Shown: positions 1 to 9,224 of the stretch, piece after piece | Numbering within the stretch: the first letter of the stretch is position 1 | How the letters are laid out: every line of letters starts with the position of its first letter | Source of the DNA: an uncultured virus (IMG/VR IMGVR_UViG_3300025840_005100) | Taxonomy: Duplodnaviria > Heunggongvirae > Uroviricota > Caudoviricetes | Length of the DNA stretch: 64,000 nucleotides | Direction: 5' to 3' (one strand) | IMG/VR virus record: IMGVR_UViG_3300025840_005100 | The notes under the pieces: generated by a model | The model's database searches: none | Seen by the model: only the letters and a program-made list of their open reading frames with translations | Told to the model about the DNA's origin: nothing | Translations under genes and position numbers: made by a program

Positions 1-1
1 A

Positions 2-64
2 TGGACTGAAGGAAGTAATCGAGAAAAGGGTTCATTCTTATTAGAAAAGGCATTTGTTGACTAA
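2..64 (+). CDS. 3' end of a CDS truncated by the window edge (…WTEGSNREKGSFLLEKAFVD*)
   Basis: Open frame from position 2 to TAA at 62-64, just before the next gene. Confidence 0.5.
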   Translation, partial: WTEGSNREKGSFLLEKAFVD

Positions 65-75
65 AAATAAAATTT

Positions 76-396
76 ATGAAACACGAAATAATAAGTAAGT
101 TAATGGAAATCCAATATCTCAAAGGTAGATTGGATGAACTTTACAAAGGATATGTTCCTAACAATTCTACAACAGATAATAGAATTGTAGATTCTCGTAT
201 TTCAAAATATGAAGATAAATTAAAAAAGATAGATGAAACTGCATACTATCTTTACTATATAGAAAGAGAAAATGTTCGGTTCTCAAAACAAAAATCAAAA
301 GAGAAAATCAAAAATTTGTTGGAAGAGGTATTACCAACTGTCTATAATGATACACTCAAAGAAAAGATTGAGAACCAACTAAACACTTACAAATAA
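76..396 (+). CDS. hypothetical protein (106 aa)
   Basis: ORF track; AT-rich initiation region; no recognisable motif. Confidence 0.7.
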   Translation: MKHEIISKLMEIQYLKGRLDELYKGYVPNNSTTDNRIVDSRISKYEDKLKKIDETAYYLYYIERENVRFSKQKSKEKIKNLLEEVLPTVYNDTLKEKIENQLNTYK

Positions 397-400
397 AAAA

Positions 401-417
401 GTTACAATTCCTTAACA
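401..417 (+). promoter_or_regulatory. possible OmpR/PhoB-family tandem box (GTTACA-N5-TTAACA, 11-bp period)
   Basis: Imperfect direct repeat with 11-bp period upstream of the TonB receptor/nuclease block. Confidence 0.3.
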
Positions 418-450
418 TTTTTTTTAGATATATACAATAGTTATTGAGAG

Positions 451-603
451 ATGAAAAAGGTTTATACTAATAATCTACAAAATATGATAAACAACGAACG
501 TTGTGATACGACACTTACCCAAGACCTTGGGGAATATTTTACCACAAACACATTTGGCGAAAATATTAAAATTTACTATGATTTCAGTAAGGAGGAATCG
601 TAG
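451..603 (+). CDS. small hypothetical protein (50 aa, MKKVYTNNLQ…DFSKEES)
   Basis: ATG 451 to TAG 603 read by hand; below the ORF-track cutoff; fills the gap before the TonB receptor. Confidence 0.45.
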   Translation: MKKVYTNNLQNMINNERCDTTLTQDLGEYFTTNTFGENIKIYYDFSKEES

Positions 604-645
604 TATGCAATTAGTTATGTTTAATTTAAAAATGGAAATTTAATT

Positions 646-3345
646 ATGAGAAAACTACTTTTAGTTGGGATGATGTTATTATCATCTTTGAGTGCTATGG
701 CACAGTTGAAAGGTAAGGTAGTTGAAGCGGGTTCCTCTGATGGTCTACCTGGTGCAACTGTAATTGTTAAAGGAACAACGACAGGAGCAACAACAGACAT
801 CGATGGAACTTTTTCTTTGGATGCAAGTGCAGGTGATACTTTGGTTATCACTTTCATTGGATTCCAAACTCAAGAGGTAACTGCAGCAGATGGAATTGTT
901 GTAGAACTTTTGGCTTCGGCAACTGAACTAGATGAAATCGTGGTTACTTCTGGAGTGATTGATGTGGCGAAAGTCAGAGAAACACCCGTTGCAGTAACAA
1001 CGATTGGAGCAACCGAGATTGCTTTAAAAGTGGGGAACCAAGAATTCCCTGAAATTATGAATAAGACACCTGGTGTCTACGCTACTAAACAAGGTGGTGG
1101 TTATGGTGATTCAAGAATCTCTTTAAGAGGTTTTGACCAAAGAAACACATCTTTCCTAATTAACGGACAACCTGTCAACGATATGGAAAATGGATGGGTG
1201 TACTGGTCAAATTGGGCTGGATTAACTGATGTTGCATCAGGTATTCAGATTCAAAGAGGACTTGGAGCATCAAGATTGGCTGTACCATCAGTAGGTGGAA
1301 CTGTATCAATCTTCACAAAAGCTGCAGAAAAAGAAGAAGGTGGCTCAATTGCACAAGTTGCAGGTAACGATGGATTCCTTAAAACCACAGTTGCTTACAA
1401 CACAGGTAAGAACGAAAATGGATGGGCAACATCTATTTTACTTTCTAAATGGCAAGGAGATGGTTATATTTACAACACTTCTGGTGCTGGAACAACTTAT
1501 TTCTTTGCATTAGGGTATTCACCAGAAGATTCAAATCACGCGGTGAACCTTTCTATTTTAGGAGCAGGTCAATGGCACCACCAAAGAGATGTTTGGGTAT
1601 CTATTAGAGATTACCAAAACTTTGGTGAAGATGGTATTGACAGAAGATGGAATTCCAATGGTGGTATTTTAAATGGTGAAGAGTATTCATTAAGAAGAAA
1701 CTTCTACAACAAACCACTTGCAACTCTTAACTGGGATTGGGATATTTCAGATAATGTAAAGTTAGCAACTTCACTTTATGGTTCAGCTGGTAGAGGTGGA
1801 GGAACAGGTCCTCGTGGGAACAACTATCGTAATTCTACTTTAGATGTTTTACCATTTAGAAAAGACCTTACAGAACACTACCTTGAAGGAGGTAGAGGAG
1901 CTAGAACTGCAGATGGATTCATTGATTTTGATGCATTAGTTGCTGAGAACAGAGCAAGTACTTCACCTTATACTGGTGGTATTGGAAACTTTGCAGGTGG
2001 ATTGATTGGTTCAAATGGATTCAGAGAAGATGGTGTAAACAGAGCATCACTTATCAGAAGAGCATCTATGAACTCTCATGACTGGGTTGGAGCAATTTCT
2101 AACTTAGAAATCAATAGTGGTAAATTCAAATACTCAATCGGTATCGATTTGAGAGATTACACAGGTTATCATTACAGAGTTCTTAATGATTTAATGGGAC
2201 TAGATGGGTACTACTCAACTGGTAACAAAAACTCAGGTGGTCAAATCATTGAAACTCTTGTAGAGGCATCTCCATTCCAAGATACTGGAATCAGAGGTCC
2301 TAAAATTGATTACTACAACATTGGTAAAGTTGGATGGCAAGGTGTTAATGGTTTAATCGAATACAATGATGATGAAAAACTAACTGCTGTATTACAAGCA
2401 GGTCTTTCTAATCAAGCATTCCAAAGAATCGATTACTTTGACCAACCATCAAACCCAACATCAGAAACAGCTAATGTAGGTGGTGGTTATATTAAAGGTG
2501 GTGCAAACTACAACTTTAATGAAAAATCAAATGTATTCTTCAATACAGGTTTCATTTCAAGACAACCTAACTTTGATGCAGTATTCCCTAACTATGCAAA
2601 CAACATTAATGATGATTTGCAAAACGAAGAAATTCGTTCAGTAGAATTAGGATATGGATACACTTCAAGAAAACTTGATTTGAATGTAAACCTTTACTCT
2701 ACAACTTGGGGTAACAGATTTGTTACAAGAAGTTTATCAAACCAACAAGGTGTTGATGGATTCGCTCAGTTTAGAGATATTGATGTAGTACACAATGGTA
2801 TCGAAGTTGAAGGTAAATTAAGAGCATCTCAAAGATTAACTCTTAAAGGTATGTTATCAATCGGTGATTGGAGATATACTAAAGATTTCGAAGCAGAATT
2901 ATTTGATGAAAACCAACAATCAATCGGTACTGGTACATTATATACCAAAGATGCAAAAGTTGGTGATGCTGCACAATTCGTAGCATATGGTGAAGTTGAT
3001 TATAGATTAGGTAAATTGAACTTAGATTTAGGATACAGATTCGTAGATGGATTGTATGCTGATTATTCAATTACTGATTCAGCTTTCACACAAGCAGATA
3101 ACGATGGAGCACTTGAACTTCCTTCTTATGGATTACTTGATTTAGGTGCAACTCTACAAATTGGAAAAGGATTATCTTTTAGAGCGAATGTTAACAACTT
3201 GTTAGATACTACATATATTGCAGAATCTAACTCTAACATTCACGCAACTTCAACTTCTACAACTTGGAATGGTATTGATGTTAGAAACTCAGTATGGTTC
3301 GGATTTGGAAGAACTTGGAATGCTTCTCTAAAGTACAGATTCTAA
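646..3345 (+). CDS. TonB-dependent outer-membrane receptor, Bacteroidota/flavobacterial type
   Basis: Signal peptide; carboxypeptidase-regulatory-like N-domain (LPGATVIVKGTTTGATTDIDGTFSL); LDEIVVT TonB box; plug (TPGVY…ISLRGF…LINGQPVND); barrel end VNNLLD…GRTWNASLKYRF with terminal Phe. Confidence 0.95.
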   Translation: MRKLLLVGMMLLSSLSAMAQLKGKVVEAGSSDGLPGATVIVKGTTTGATTDIDGTFSLDASAGDTLVITFIGFQTQEVTAADGIVVELLASATELDEIVVTSGVIDVAKVRETPVAVTTIGATEIALKVGNQEFPEIMNKTPGVYATKQGGGYGDSRISLRGFDQRNTSFLINGQPVNDMENGWVYWSNWAGLTDVASGIQIQRGLGASRLAVPSVGGTVSIFTKAAEKEEGGSIAQVAGNDGFLKTTVAYNTGKNENGWATSILLSKWQGDGYIYNTSGAGTTYFFALGYSPEDSNHAVNLSILGAGQWHHQRDVWVSIRDYQNFGEDGIDRRWNSNGGILNGEEYSLRRNFYNKPLATLNWDWDISDNVKLATSLYGSAGRGGGTGPRGNNYRNSTLDVLPFRKDLTEHYLEGGRGARTADGFIDFDALVAENRASTSPYTGGIGNFAGGLIGSNGFREDGVNRASLIRRASMNSHDWVGAISNLEINSGKFKYSIGIDLRDYTGYHYRVLNDLMGLDGYYSTGNKNSGGQIIETLVEASPFQDTGIRGPKIDYYNIGKVGWQGVNGLIEYNDDEKLTAVLQAGLSNQAFQRIDYFDQPSNPTSETANVGGGYIKGGANYNFNEKSNVFFNTGFISRQPNFDAVFPNYANNINDDLQNEEIRSVELGYGYTSRKLDLNVNLYSTTWGNRFVTRSLSNQQGVDGFAQFRDIDVVHNGIEVEGKLRASQRLTLKGMLSIGDWRYTKDFEAELFDENQQSIGTGTLYTKDAKVGDAAQFVAYGEVDYRLGKLNLDLGYRFVDGLYADYSITDSAFTQADNDGALELPSYGLLDLGATLQIGKGLSFRANVNNLLDTTYIAESNSNIHATSTSTTWNGIDVRNSVWFGFGRTWNASLKYRF

Positions 3346-3358
3346 AAATATAAAATTT

Positions 3359-3384
3359 AGGGGGAGGAAACTCCCCCTTTTTTT
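3359..3384 (+). terminator. rho-independent terminator
   Basis: AGGGGGAG-GAAA-CTCCCCCT hairpin followed by a T run. Confidence 0.9.
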
Positions 3385-3405
3385 ATTATAAACTCAACAA
3401 ATGTT

Positions 3406-3627
3406 ATGAACGAAAAACTCTACAAGTATGGTGTAATTTACTTCGGTACTACACTAATGATGTTATCTCCCTTTGTTATTGATTCTTGGGTAGGAAAGGT
3501 GGGAATGATGTTAGGACTAATCCTTATAACAGTCCAAACACAAAAAACAAAACAATACAACCTCTCTCTACTAAATGCAGTAGGATTTACAGGTTATTTA
3601 TACGCACTTATAACAAGTTTACTATGA
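3406..3627 (+). CDS. small 3-TM membrane protein (possibly half-PnuC/SemiSWEET-like)
   Basis: Three hydrophobic segments in 73 aa; TGA overlaps the ATG of the nuclease. Confidence 0.6.
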   Translation: MNEKLYKYGVIYFGTTLMMLSPFVIDSWVGKVGMMLGLILITVQTQKTKQYNLSLLNAVGFTGYLYALITSLL

Positions 3628-4463
3628 AAAAGTTATTTCAACCAATTTACTATGGATTAAAAATTTATTTATTTCCAATTCTACTATTTATTTTCCTTTT
3701 TGTAACTTGCAATACAGTTTTTGCAAACGATTGGGGTAAGACAGGACACCGAATCGTTGGTGAAATTGCAGAAAGACAACTAACTGATGAGGTTAAAGAA
3801 ATCGTATATGATATCTTAGATGGTGAATCTTTATCTTCGGTTTCAACATGGCCAGATGAAATGAGAAGTAATGTTAATTTTAAAGAATGGGATAAATGGC
3901 ATTATGTTAATTTACCTCTTGATAAAGAATATCCAGAAATTACACATGATGGTGATAATATAGTAAAAGCAATAGAAACAGCAACTGCTGTTCTTAAATC
4001 ACCTTTTGCAGATAAAGAAATGAAAAAGTTTTATCTGAAATACTTGGTACACTTAGTAGGTGATTTACACCAACCAATGCACACAGGTAGATACGAAGAT
4101 TATGGTGGTAGTAAGATTCCTCTAAAGTTTAAAGGTAGAAAAGGTAGTGAAACAAATACAAACCTCCATGTTCTATGGGATTCTAATCTTATTGATGATT
4201 TTAAGATGTCCTTTACAGAATGGTCAAATCACTTAGAAAATAAATTTAGAAAAAAAGAAATACAACAAAAGAATGTTTTAGATTGGACATTCGAATCTCA
4301 TTGGTATGCAAGAGATATTTACAAAAATACTCCCCCAAACTCATATTTATCTTATGATTATGTATATCAATATCAACCTATTTTAGAAAAAAGGTTGTAT
4401 CAGGCAGGTAAACGATTAGGTAACCTTTTAAACGAGATATTTGGGGATGAGCAAACTAATTAA
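3624..4463 (+). CDS. exported S1/P1 nuclease
   Basis: Start reassigned to ATG 3624 (ATGA overlap); hydrophobic leader then WGKTGH, WPDEMR, WHYVN, HLVGDLHQPMH, NLHVLWD motifs. Confidence 0.93.
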   Translation: MKKLFQPIYYGLKIYLFPILLFIFLFVTCNTVFANDWGKTGHRIVGEIAERQLTDEVKEIVYDILDGESLSSVSTWPDEMRSNVNFKEWDKWHYVNLPLDKEYPEITHDGDNIVKAIETATAVLKSPFADKEMKKFYLKYLVHLVGDLHQPMHTGRYEDYGGSKIPLKFKGRKGSETNTNLHVLWDSNLIDDFKMSFTEWSNHLENKFRKKEIQQKNVLDWTFESHWYARDIYKNTPPNSYLSYDYVYQYQPILEKRLYQAGKRLGNLLNEIFGDEQTN

Positions 4464-4980
4464 TTTATTTGGTGGACCGGGAATAGGAAAATCATCCATT
4501 GCTGCAGGAATCACCTACAAATTAAAAAAGAAACATATAAGTTGTAATAACCCATACGAGTTTCCAAAGAGATTGGCATGGGATAAAAATATACCAGCGA
4601 TATCAGACCAACTCTATGTATTCGCAAACCAACATAGAGGAATCGCAGAATGTTATGGTAAGGTAGATTATATAGTAATTGATTCACCAATTTTATTTTC
4701 TACTATTTATCATAGATATTATACAGAAGGATATCCTGCAGAATTTTATGGAGAACCTTTTCATAATTTTGTAATTGATTTACACAAAAAATATGATAGC
4801 ATTAATATTCTTTTAGAAAGAACTGAAGGAAACCATAATGAAAAAGAAAGATATCAAAATTTAGAAGAATCAATTGCAATCGATACTTTATGTAAACAAG
4901 TATTGGATGAAACAAATACTCCATATCATACTATAAAGGTAGGACCTAAAACAGTAAAAGATATATTAAAGTTATTATAG
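4447..4980 (+). CDS. P-loop kinase/ATP-binding protein, NadR/AAA_28-like
   Basis: INLFGGPGIGKS Walker A; IVIDSP; R-x-Q-x-x-EES lid typical of phage NadR-type kinases. Confidence 0.75.
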   Translation: MSKLINLFGGPGIGKSSIAAGITYKLKKKHISCNNPYEFPKRLAWDKNIPAISDQLYVFANQHRGIAECYGKVDYIVIDSPILFSTIYHRYYTEGYPAEFYGEPFHNFVIDLHKKYDSINILLERTEGNHNEKERYQNLEESIAIDTLCKQVLDETNTPYHTIKVGPKTVKDILKLL

Positions 4981-5390
4981 TGAATATTGTATCTGATTAT
5001 TTGAATACTATTAAAACAGAGTTATTACCAAGTAAAATCCACGGTATTGGTACATTTGCTTTTGAAAATATTTCAATAGGTACTAATGTTTTTCCACATT
5101 GGGAGGGTGACAGTGGATACTATGATGTAGATTTATATTTAATAAAAAATAGTTATTTTATAAATAAGATTTTAAGAAAATATTTCAAAATTGTAAATAA
5201 TACTGCTAGTGTTTACTTAATATCTAATTCTCATTTTTTATGTCCATGGAAGCATTTTGTAAATCATTCAGAAAATCCAAATATAGATATGTATGGTAAT
5301 TGTATAAATACTATAAATAAAGGAGATGAGATACTTAGAAACTACAAAGAAATTTCTTATTCAATTGAAAAAAATATTTATGTAATATGA
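4980..5390 (+). CDS. SET-domain protein (putative lysine methyltransferase)
   Basis: SKIHGIGTFA, FVNHSENPN and INKGDEILRNY SET motifs; GTG start. Confidence 0.85.
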   Translation: MNIVSDYLNTIKTELLPSKIHGIGTFAFENISIGTNVFPHWEGDSGYYDVDLYLIKNSYFINKILRKYFKIVNNTASVYLISNSHFLCPWKHFVNHSENPNIDMYGNCINTINKGDEILRNYKEISYSIEKNIYVI

Positions 5391-6403
5391 ATTTTATACA
5401 ATTACATTTTAGTGAATTTGAAGATGACCTTTCATTTTATTTAAGAAACTTTAAAAAACGTATTCAAGTTATTCCTTTTGGTGAATATGAAAATAATATT
5501 GAAGAAATCATTGTATCTATAAGAACTGAAAAAGAACTACTTCTAACATCTGACCATGAAATTTTTGATAATAAATCTGATTATTTATTAGACAGAATAA
5601 TTGATGAGATTTATGAAAATAAACAAAACGATGTTAGAATATCTATGGCAACATCATCAAAAATAAAATATGGACTACATCCTCTTGTAAATTTACTACA
5701 TTGGCAAGGTTTGGGGATTAGAGAAACTATTGAAAATGAAACTGAAAATGAATTCAAAATTTTTAATCAAGTTGACTACCCAATAGATTTATATAATGAT
5801 GATAGAGAATGTAAAGGAATACTTTCAGTTAGAAACCAAAGTTATATACGAGATTCTATTTTTAAAAAAATAGACAAATCAGAGTTTGAAGGAGTTCTAA
5901 GGTATAACAGATGGAGTTCTACTTATAACAATTATTACAAAAAAAGTATATTATATGATTATGATGGATATATAAATCCTGTTTCTACTGAACAACTTAG
6001 AAAAGAGTATTTTAATTCATATGTTTCTTTTGTAATGGAATCAACTTATGGTTCGATTGAATTAAAAGCTCCAAATCAGTTAACAGAAAAAACTGTATTA
6101 TCATTTTTAACTTGCACAATGCCAATTTTATTTGGTGGTAAATATTTTATTTCTGAATTAGAAAATATGGGATTCAAAGTTTTTAATAAAGAATTTGGTT
6201 TTAAGCATGGAGATTTACTTGATACTAACTCTATGGAAAAACAAAATCTTTTTATAGAAACAATAGATAATTATAATAAAATGAGTTTAGAAGATATTAA
6301 AAAGATGTATATGGATAATATACATCACATAAAAAGTAATTACGAAATAATTAGAACTTTCGTTTTGGGTGAATTTTTCAATTTTAAAAAAAATGTAATA
6401 TGA
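5387..6403 (+). CDS. putative glycosyltransferase (GT10-like TEKT family)
   Basis: SYVSFVMES…LTEKTVLSF…PILFG…GFKVF; related to the 60791 and 61901 genes. Confidence 0.5.
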   Translation: MNFIQLHFSEFEDDLSFYLRNFKKRIQVIPFGEYENNIEEIIVSIRTEKELLLTSDHEIFDNKSDYLLDRIIDEIYENKQNDVRISMATSSKIKYGLHPLVNLLHWQGLGIRETIENETENEFKIFNQVDYPIDLYNDDRECKGILSVRNQSYIRDSIFKKIDKSEFEGVLRYNRWSSTYNNYYKKSILYDYDGYINPVSTEQLRKEYFNSYVSFVMESTYGSIELKAPNQLTEKTVLSFLTCTMPILFGGKYFISELENMGFKVFNKEFGFKHGDLLDTNSMEKQNLFIETIDNYNKMSLEDIKKMYMDNIHHIKSNYEIIRTFVLGEFFNFKKNVI

Positions 6404-7305
6404 AATCATTTATATTTGTGGGAGATTCTCTCACTTGGGGCGAAGGCCTTGAATTATACGACAAAAAATTTAAAGATACTTTTATAGAACTAACTAATAA
6501 AGGAGACTTTAGATTTTTTGATTATGGGGATATATTATTTTCAGGATATGCTCCTTTACATAGAGAAAAGTATAGATATCCTAGTTTAGTATCAAGTTAC
6601 TTTGATACTGTATATTTTTCAAATGGAATATCTGAAAATAATATTGTATCAATAGATTATGTAATAAAACTTCATGAAAAATATGGTAGTGATAAGTTTG
6701 GTGATGTAATTATAAATTTATGTTCAACAAATCATGACGAACATATAACTTCAAAAGAAAAATTAAAAGATTTATTTGATGTTGAATTTAAATTATTTGA
6801 ACTCCAAAAGATTTTAGAATCTTGGTACAACTACTGTGGTGAATTTGGCGTTAACGATGAAATTGCAAAAGATGAGTCCAAGTTCAATAAACATTTTAGT
6901 AATACCATTTTAGACTTAGAATTGATTGAAAGATTTCAATCTTACTTTTTCCAACCTGAAAATTTTAGAAAGTTTTTAATACAAAATAGTTATGAATATC
7001 TTGAAGAAAAACTTAGCGAATTAGACAAACTTGGAATAAAGTATCATATTTTATTGCCTTGGACTTCACATGATTATGAAAATTATAATAAAGTAATTCA
7101 AAAATTTGATTTAGATTTGACTAATAATATAATACCTATATTTTACAAAGGAGCTGAATATCAGTCACTTGCTGAACTTTTGAATAAAAAAGAAATGTGG
7201 ATTAATTCTGATTTAGGGTGGAGTAATTGTTATTTTTTATCACAAGAGGGACATAAAATCGTATCAGAGTCTATTATAAAATATTTAGAAAATTTGGATA
7301 TGTAA
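6400..7305 (+). CDS. SGNH/GDSL-like protein
   Basis: FVGDSLTWGEG block I; C-terminal (YF)LSQEGH, where the catalytic His appears replaced. Confidence 0.65.
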   Translation: MKSFIFVGDSLTWGEGLELYDKKFKDTFIELTNKGDFRFFDYGDILFSGYAPLHREKYRYPSLVSSYFDTVYFSNGISENNIVSIDYVIKLHEKYGSDKFGDVIINLCSTNHDEHITSKEKLKDLFDVEFKLFELQKILESWYNYCGEFGVNDEIAKDESKFNKHFSNTILDLELIERFQSYFFQPENFRKFLIQNSYEYLEEKLSELDKLGIKYHILLPWTSHDYENYNKVIQKFDLDLTNNIIPIFYKGAEYQSLAELLNKKEMWINSDLGWSNCYFLSQEGHKIVSESIIKYLENLDM

Positions 7306-7324
7306 AATTATTTTCGTATCTTTA
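7293..7324 (+). promoter_or_regulatory. Bacteroidota sigma-A-type promoter
   Basis: TTTG-N20-TATCTTTA. Confidence 0.75.
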
Positions 7325-7339
7325 TAAAAAATTAAAATT

Positions 7340-7600
7340 ATGGCACAGATTATTGGAGCAGGTGGACAACCACTACAAACAGAAGAACAACCTTTAGATA
7401 TCACAAAAACAGAACCAGTTGGTTGTAAAAAATGTGGTAGTGAGATATTCATTCAAGGATTCTCATTTCGTAAAGTTCCACGATTACTTACAGGTAAACA
7501 AAAAGATGAAATGTTACCAGTAGAATTATTTCTATGTGGGGATTGTGGTGAAGTTTTAAATGAACTATTACCAAAAGGATTAAAATTAGAAGAAGAATAG
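7340..7600 (+). CDS. zinc-ribbon hypothetical protein
   Basis: CKKCG…CGDCG. Confidence 0.75.
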   Translation: MAQIIGAGGQPLQTEEQPLDITKTEPVGCKKCGSEIFIQGFSFRKVPRLLTGKQKDEMLPVELFLCGDCGEVLNELLPKGLKLEEE

Positions 7601-8050
7601 ATGGCAAAATCACTATTTGACCATATTAAGGCGATTACAACAGAACAAAATCCAAATTATTGGGAAACATTAGATGAGGGAGATAAAAAAACATGGTCTA
7701 ACTATATGATTCATAGATTCCTTTCTATGAATCCAGATTGGATTCAAGTACTTTCTGAAATACAACCATATACACAAACTTTAGAGCCTAAACAACTTTA
7801 CCTTGCTCTTATCGGGCTATTACCAAAAGGAAAATACTATTTAAAATATACCAAAGGTAAGAACGATACTAAATATGAAAGTTGGTTAATAGATTTATTA
7901 AAACAAGACTTTCAATGTTCAAAAAAAGAAGCAGAAGAATATACAGAAATTTTATACTCCACACGAGAAGGTAGAGAAAATATCAAATATATTTGTGAAA
8001 AATATGGAATTGAGTCCAAACAAATTACTAAACTAAAATTAAAGGTTTAA
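7601..8050 (+). CDS. putative clamp-loader small subunit (T4 gp62-like)
   Basis: LFDHIKAIT…YMIHRFLSM…LY..LI.LLPKGK.YLKY.K pattern resembles the gp62 family. Confidence 0.6.
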   Translation: MAKSLFDHIKAITTEQNPNYWETLDEGDKKTWSNYMIHRFLSMNPDWIQVLSEIQPYTQTLEPKQLYLALIGLLPKGKYYLKYTKGKNDTKYESWLIDLLKQDFQCSKKEAEEYTEILYSTREGRENIKYICEKYGIESKQITKLKLKV

Positions 8051-8053
8051 TTA

Positions 8054-8085
8054 TTTGGATTTCTCCTATTTTTTTCGTATCTTTG
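8054..8085 (+). promoter_or_regulatory. Bacteroidota sigma-A-type promoter
   Basis: TTTG-N20-TATCTTTG, perfect consensus. Confidence 0.85.
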
Positions 8086-8103
8086 TATAACAAAGAAAGA
8101 TAA

Positions 8104-8964
8104 ATGGCAAAAGTAAGTTACTCTCAATATGGTATGTATTCAACCTGTCAAGAACAGTACAAGTTGAACTACATTGATAAATTGGGAACATCATCGGCAA
8201 ACATTCACACAATTTTCGGTAGTGCGATGCACGAAACAATACAACACTTCTTAGATGTGATGTATAATGTTACCAAGAAACAAGCACTTCAACTCAACTT
8301 AGAGCAAATGTTATACAAACAACTTGTAGAACATTTTACCAAAGAATCTGAAAAGATGGAAGATGGTATGTATCCATGTACCAAAGAAGAATTAGGTGAG
8401 TTTTTTGAGGATGGTAAGAAAATTCTACAATATTTTACTAATAAGTTAGATAAACTTTACCACAAAAGTGGTTTCGAGTTGGTAGCAATCGAACAAATCC
8501 TAAATGCAGAAGTAAAACCTGGTGTAAACTTCATTGGTTTTATCGATATCTTACTTAAAGATAAAACAACTCAAGAGTACATTATCATTGACTTAAAAAC
8601 ATCAACAAGAGGTTGGAACAAATATCAGAAGGCTGATAAGATAAAAACCTCTCAGATGTTATTATACAAAAAGTTCTACTCAGAAAAATACGATATCCCA
8701 TTAGATAAAATCAAAGTAGAATATCAAATTTTAAAACGTAAAATATCAGAAGATTTTGAATACCCTATACCACGAATCTCAAAATTCGTTCCTGCAAATG
8801 GTAAACCCTCGGTAAACAATGCATGGAATGGATTCCTTAACTTTGTAAATGAAGTTTTTGATGAAGGTGGTAATTTTATTCAAAGAGAATATTTACCCAA
8901 CAAAGGTAAACAATGTGATTGGTGTGAATTTAAAACGAGAGGACTTTGTTCTGTATGGAAATAA
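8104..8964 (+). CDS. PD-(D/E)xK exonuclease, Cas4/RecB-like
   Basis: SYSQ…C, FGSAMHE, GFIDILL…IIDLKTS, QMLLY and C-terminal CDWCEF…C Fe-S cysteines. Confidence 0.9.
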   Translation: MAKVSYSQYGMYSTCQEQYKLNYIDKLGTSSANIHTIFGSAMHETIQHFLDVMYNVTKKQALQLNLEQMLYKQLVEHFTKESEKMEDGMYPCTKEELGEFFEDGKKILQYFTNKLDKLYHKSGFELVAIEQILNAEVKPGVNFIGFIDILLKDKTTQEYIIIDLKTSTRGWNKYQKADKIKTSQMLLYKKFYSEKYDIPLDKIKVEYQILKRKISEDFEYPIPRISKFVPANGKPSVNNAWNGFLNFVNEVFDEGGNFIQREYLPNKGKQCDWCEFKTRGLCSVWK

Positions 8965-8985
8965 TCTGTTTTTTATATTTGTATA

Positions 8986-8993
8986 TATTTATA
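8986..8993 (+). promoter_or_regulatory. TATTTATA promoter-like element
   Basis: Recurrent intergenic octamer. Confidence 0.5.
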
Positions 8994-9019
8994 TTAAAAT
9001 ATATTAAAAACGGAGAGTT

Positions 9020-9214
9020 ATGGCAGACACAAAACTGACAACAGTAAAAATCGTAAAAGATATTTACTCATCATTCAAAAGGATTTCGTTTGATTCCAAT
9101 ATCACACTACAAAAATTGGTAAATCGTTCAGTACACAAATACATTAATGAAGAAGATTTTAGAAACGAAATTAACACTTATGAAGAACTGCAAGTTAGTG
9201 GTTCACAATTTTAA
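9020..9214 (+). CDS. small ribbon-helix-helix-like protein
   Basis: LTTVKI strand followed by two predicted helices; 64 aa. Confidence 0.55.
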   Translation: MADTKLTTVKIVKDIYSSFKRISFDSNITLQKLVNRSVHKYINEEDFRNEINTYEELQVSGSQF

Positions 9215-9224
9215 ATCAGAATAA

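Noticed and set aside
397..645. Riboswitch (TPP/cobalamin) upstream of the TonB receptor
   Set aside because: No recognisable conserved aptamer motifs; the region is largely occupied by a 50-aa ORF
3486..3623. Extended N-terminus of the S1/P1 nuclease, and similarly the upstream starts at 4441, 15428, 36695 and 55035
   Set aside because: Downstream ATG/GTG starts give stop-start coupling and sensible N-termini
8104..8964. Cas4 as part of a CRISPR-Cas locus
   Set aside because: No cas1/cas2 or repeat-spacer array in the window; stand-alone Cas4-like exonucleases are common in phages
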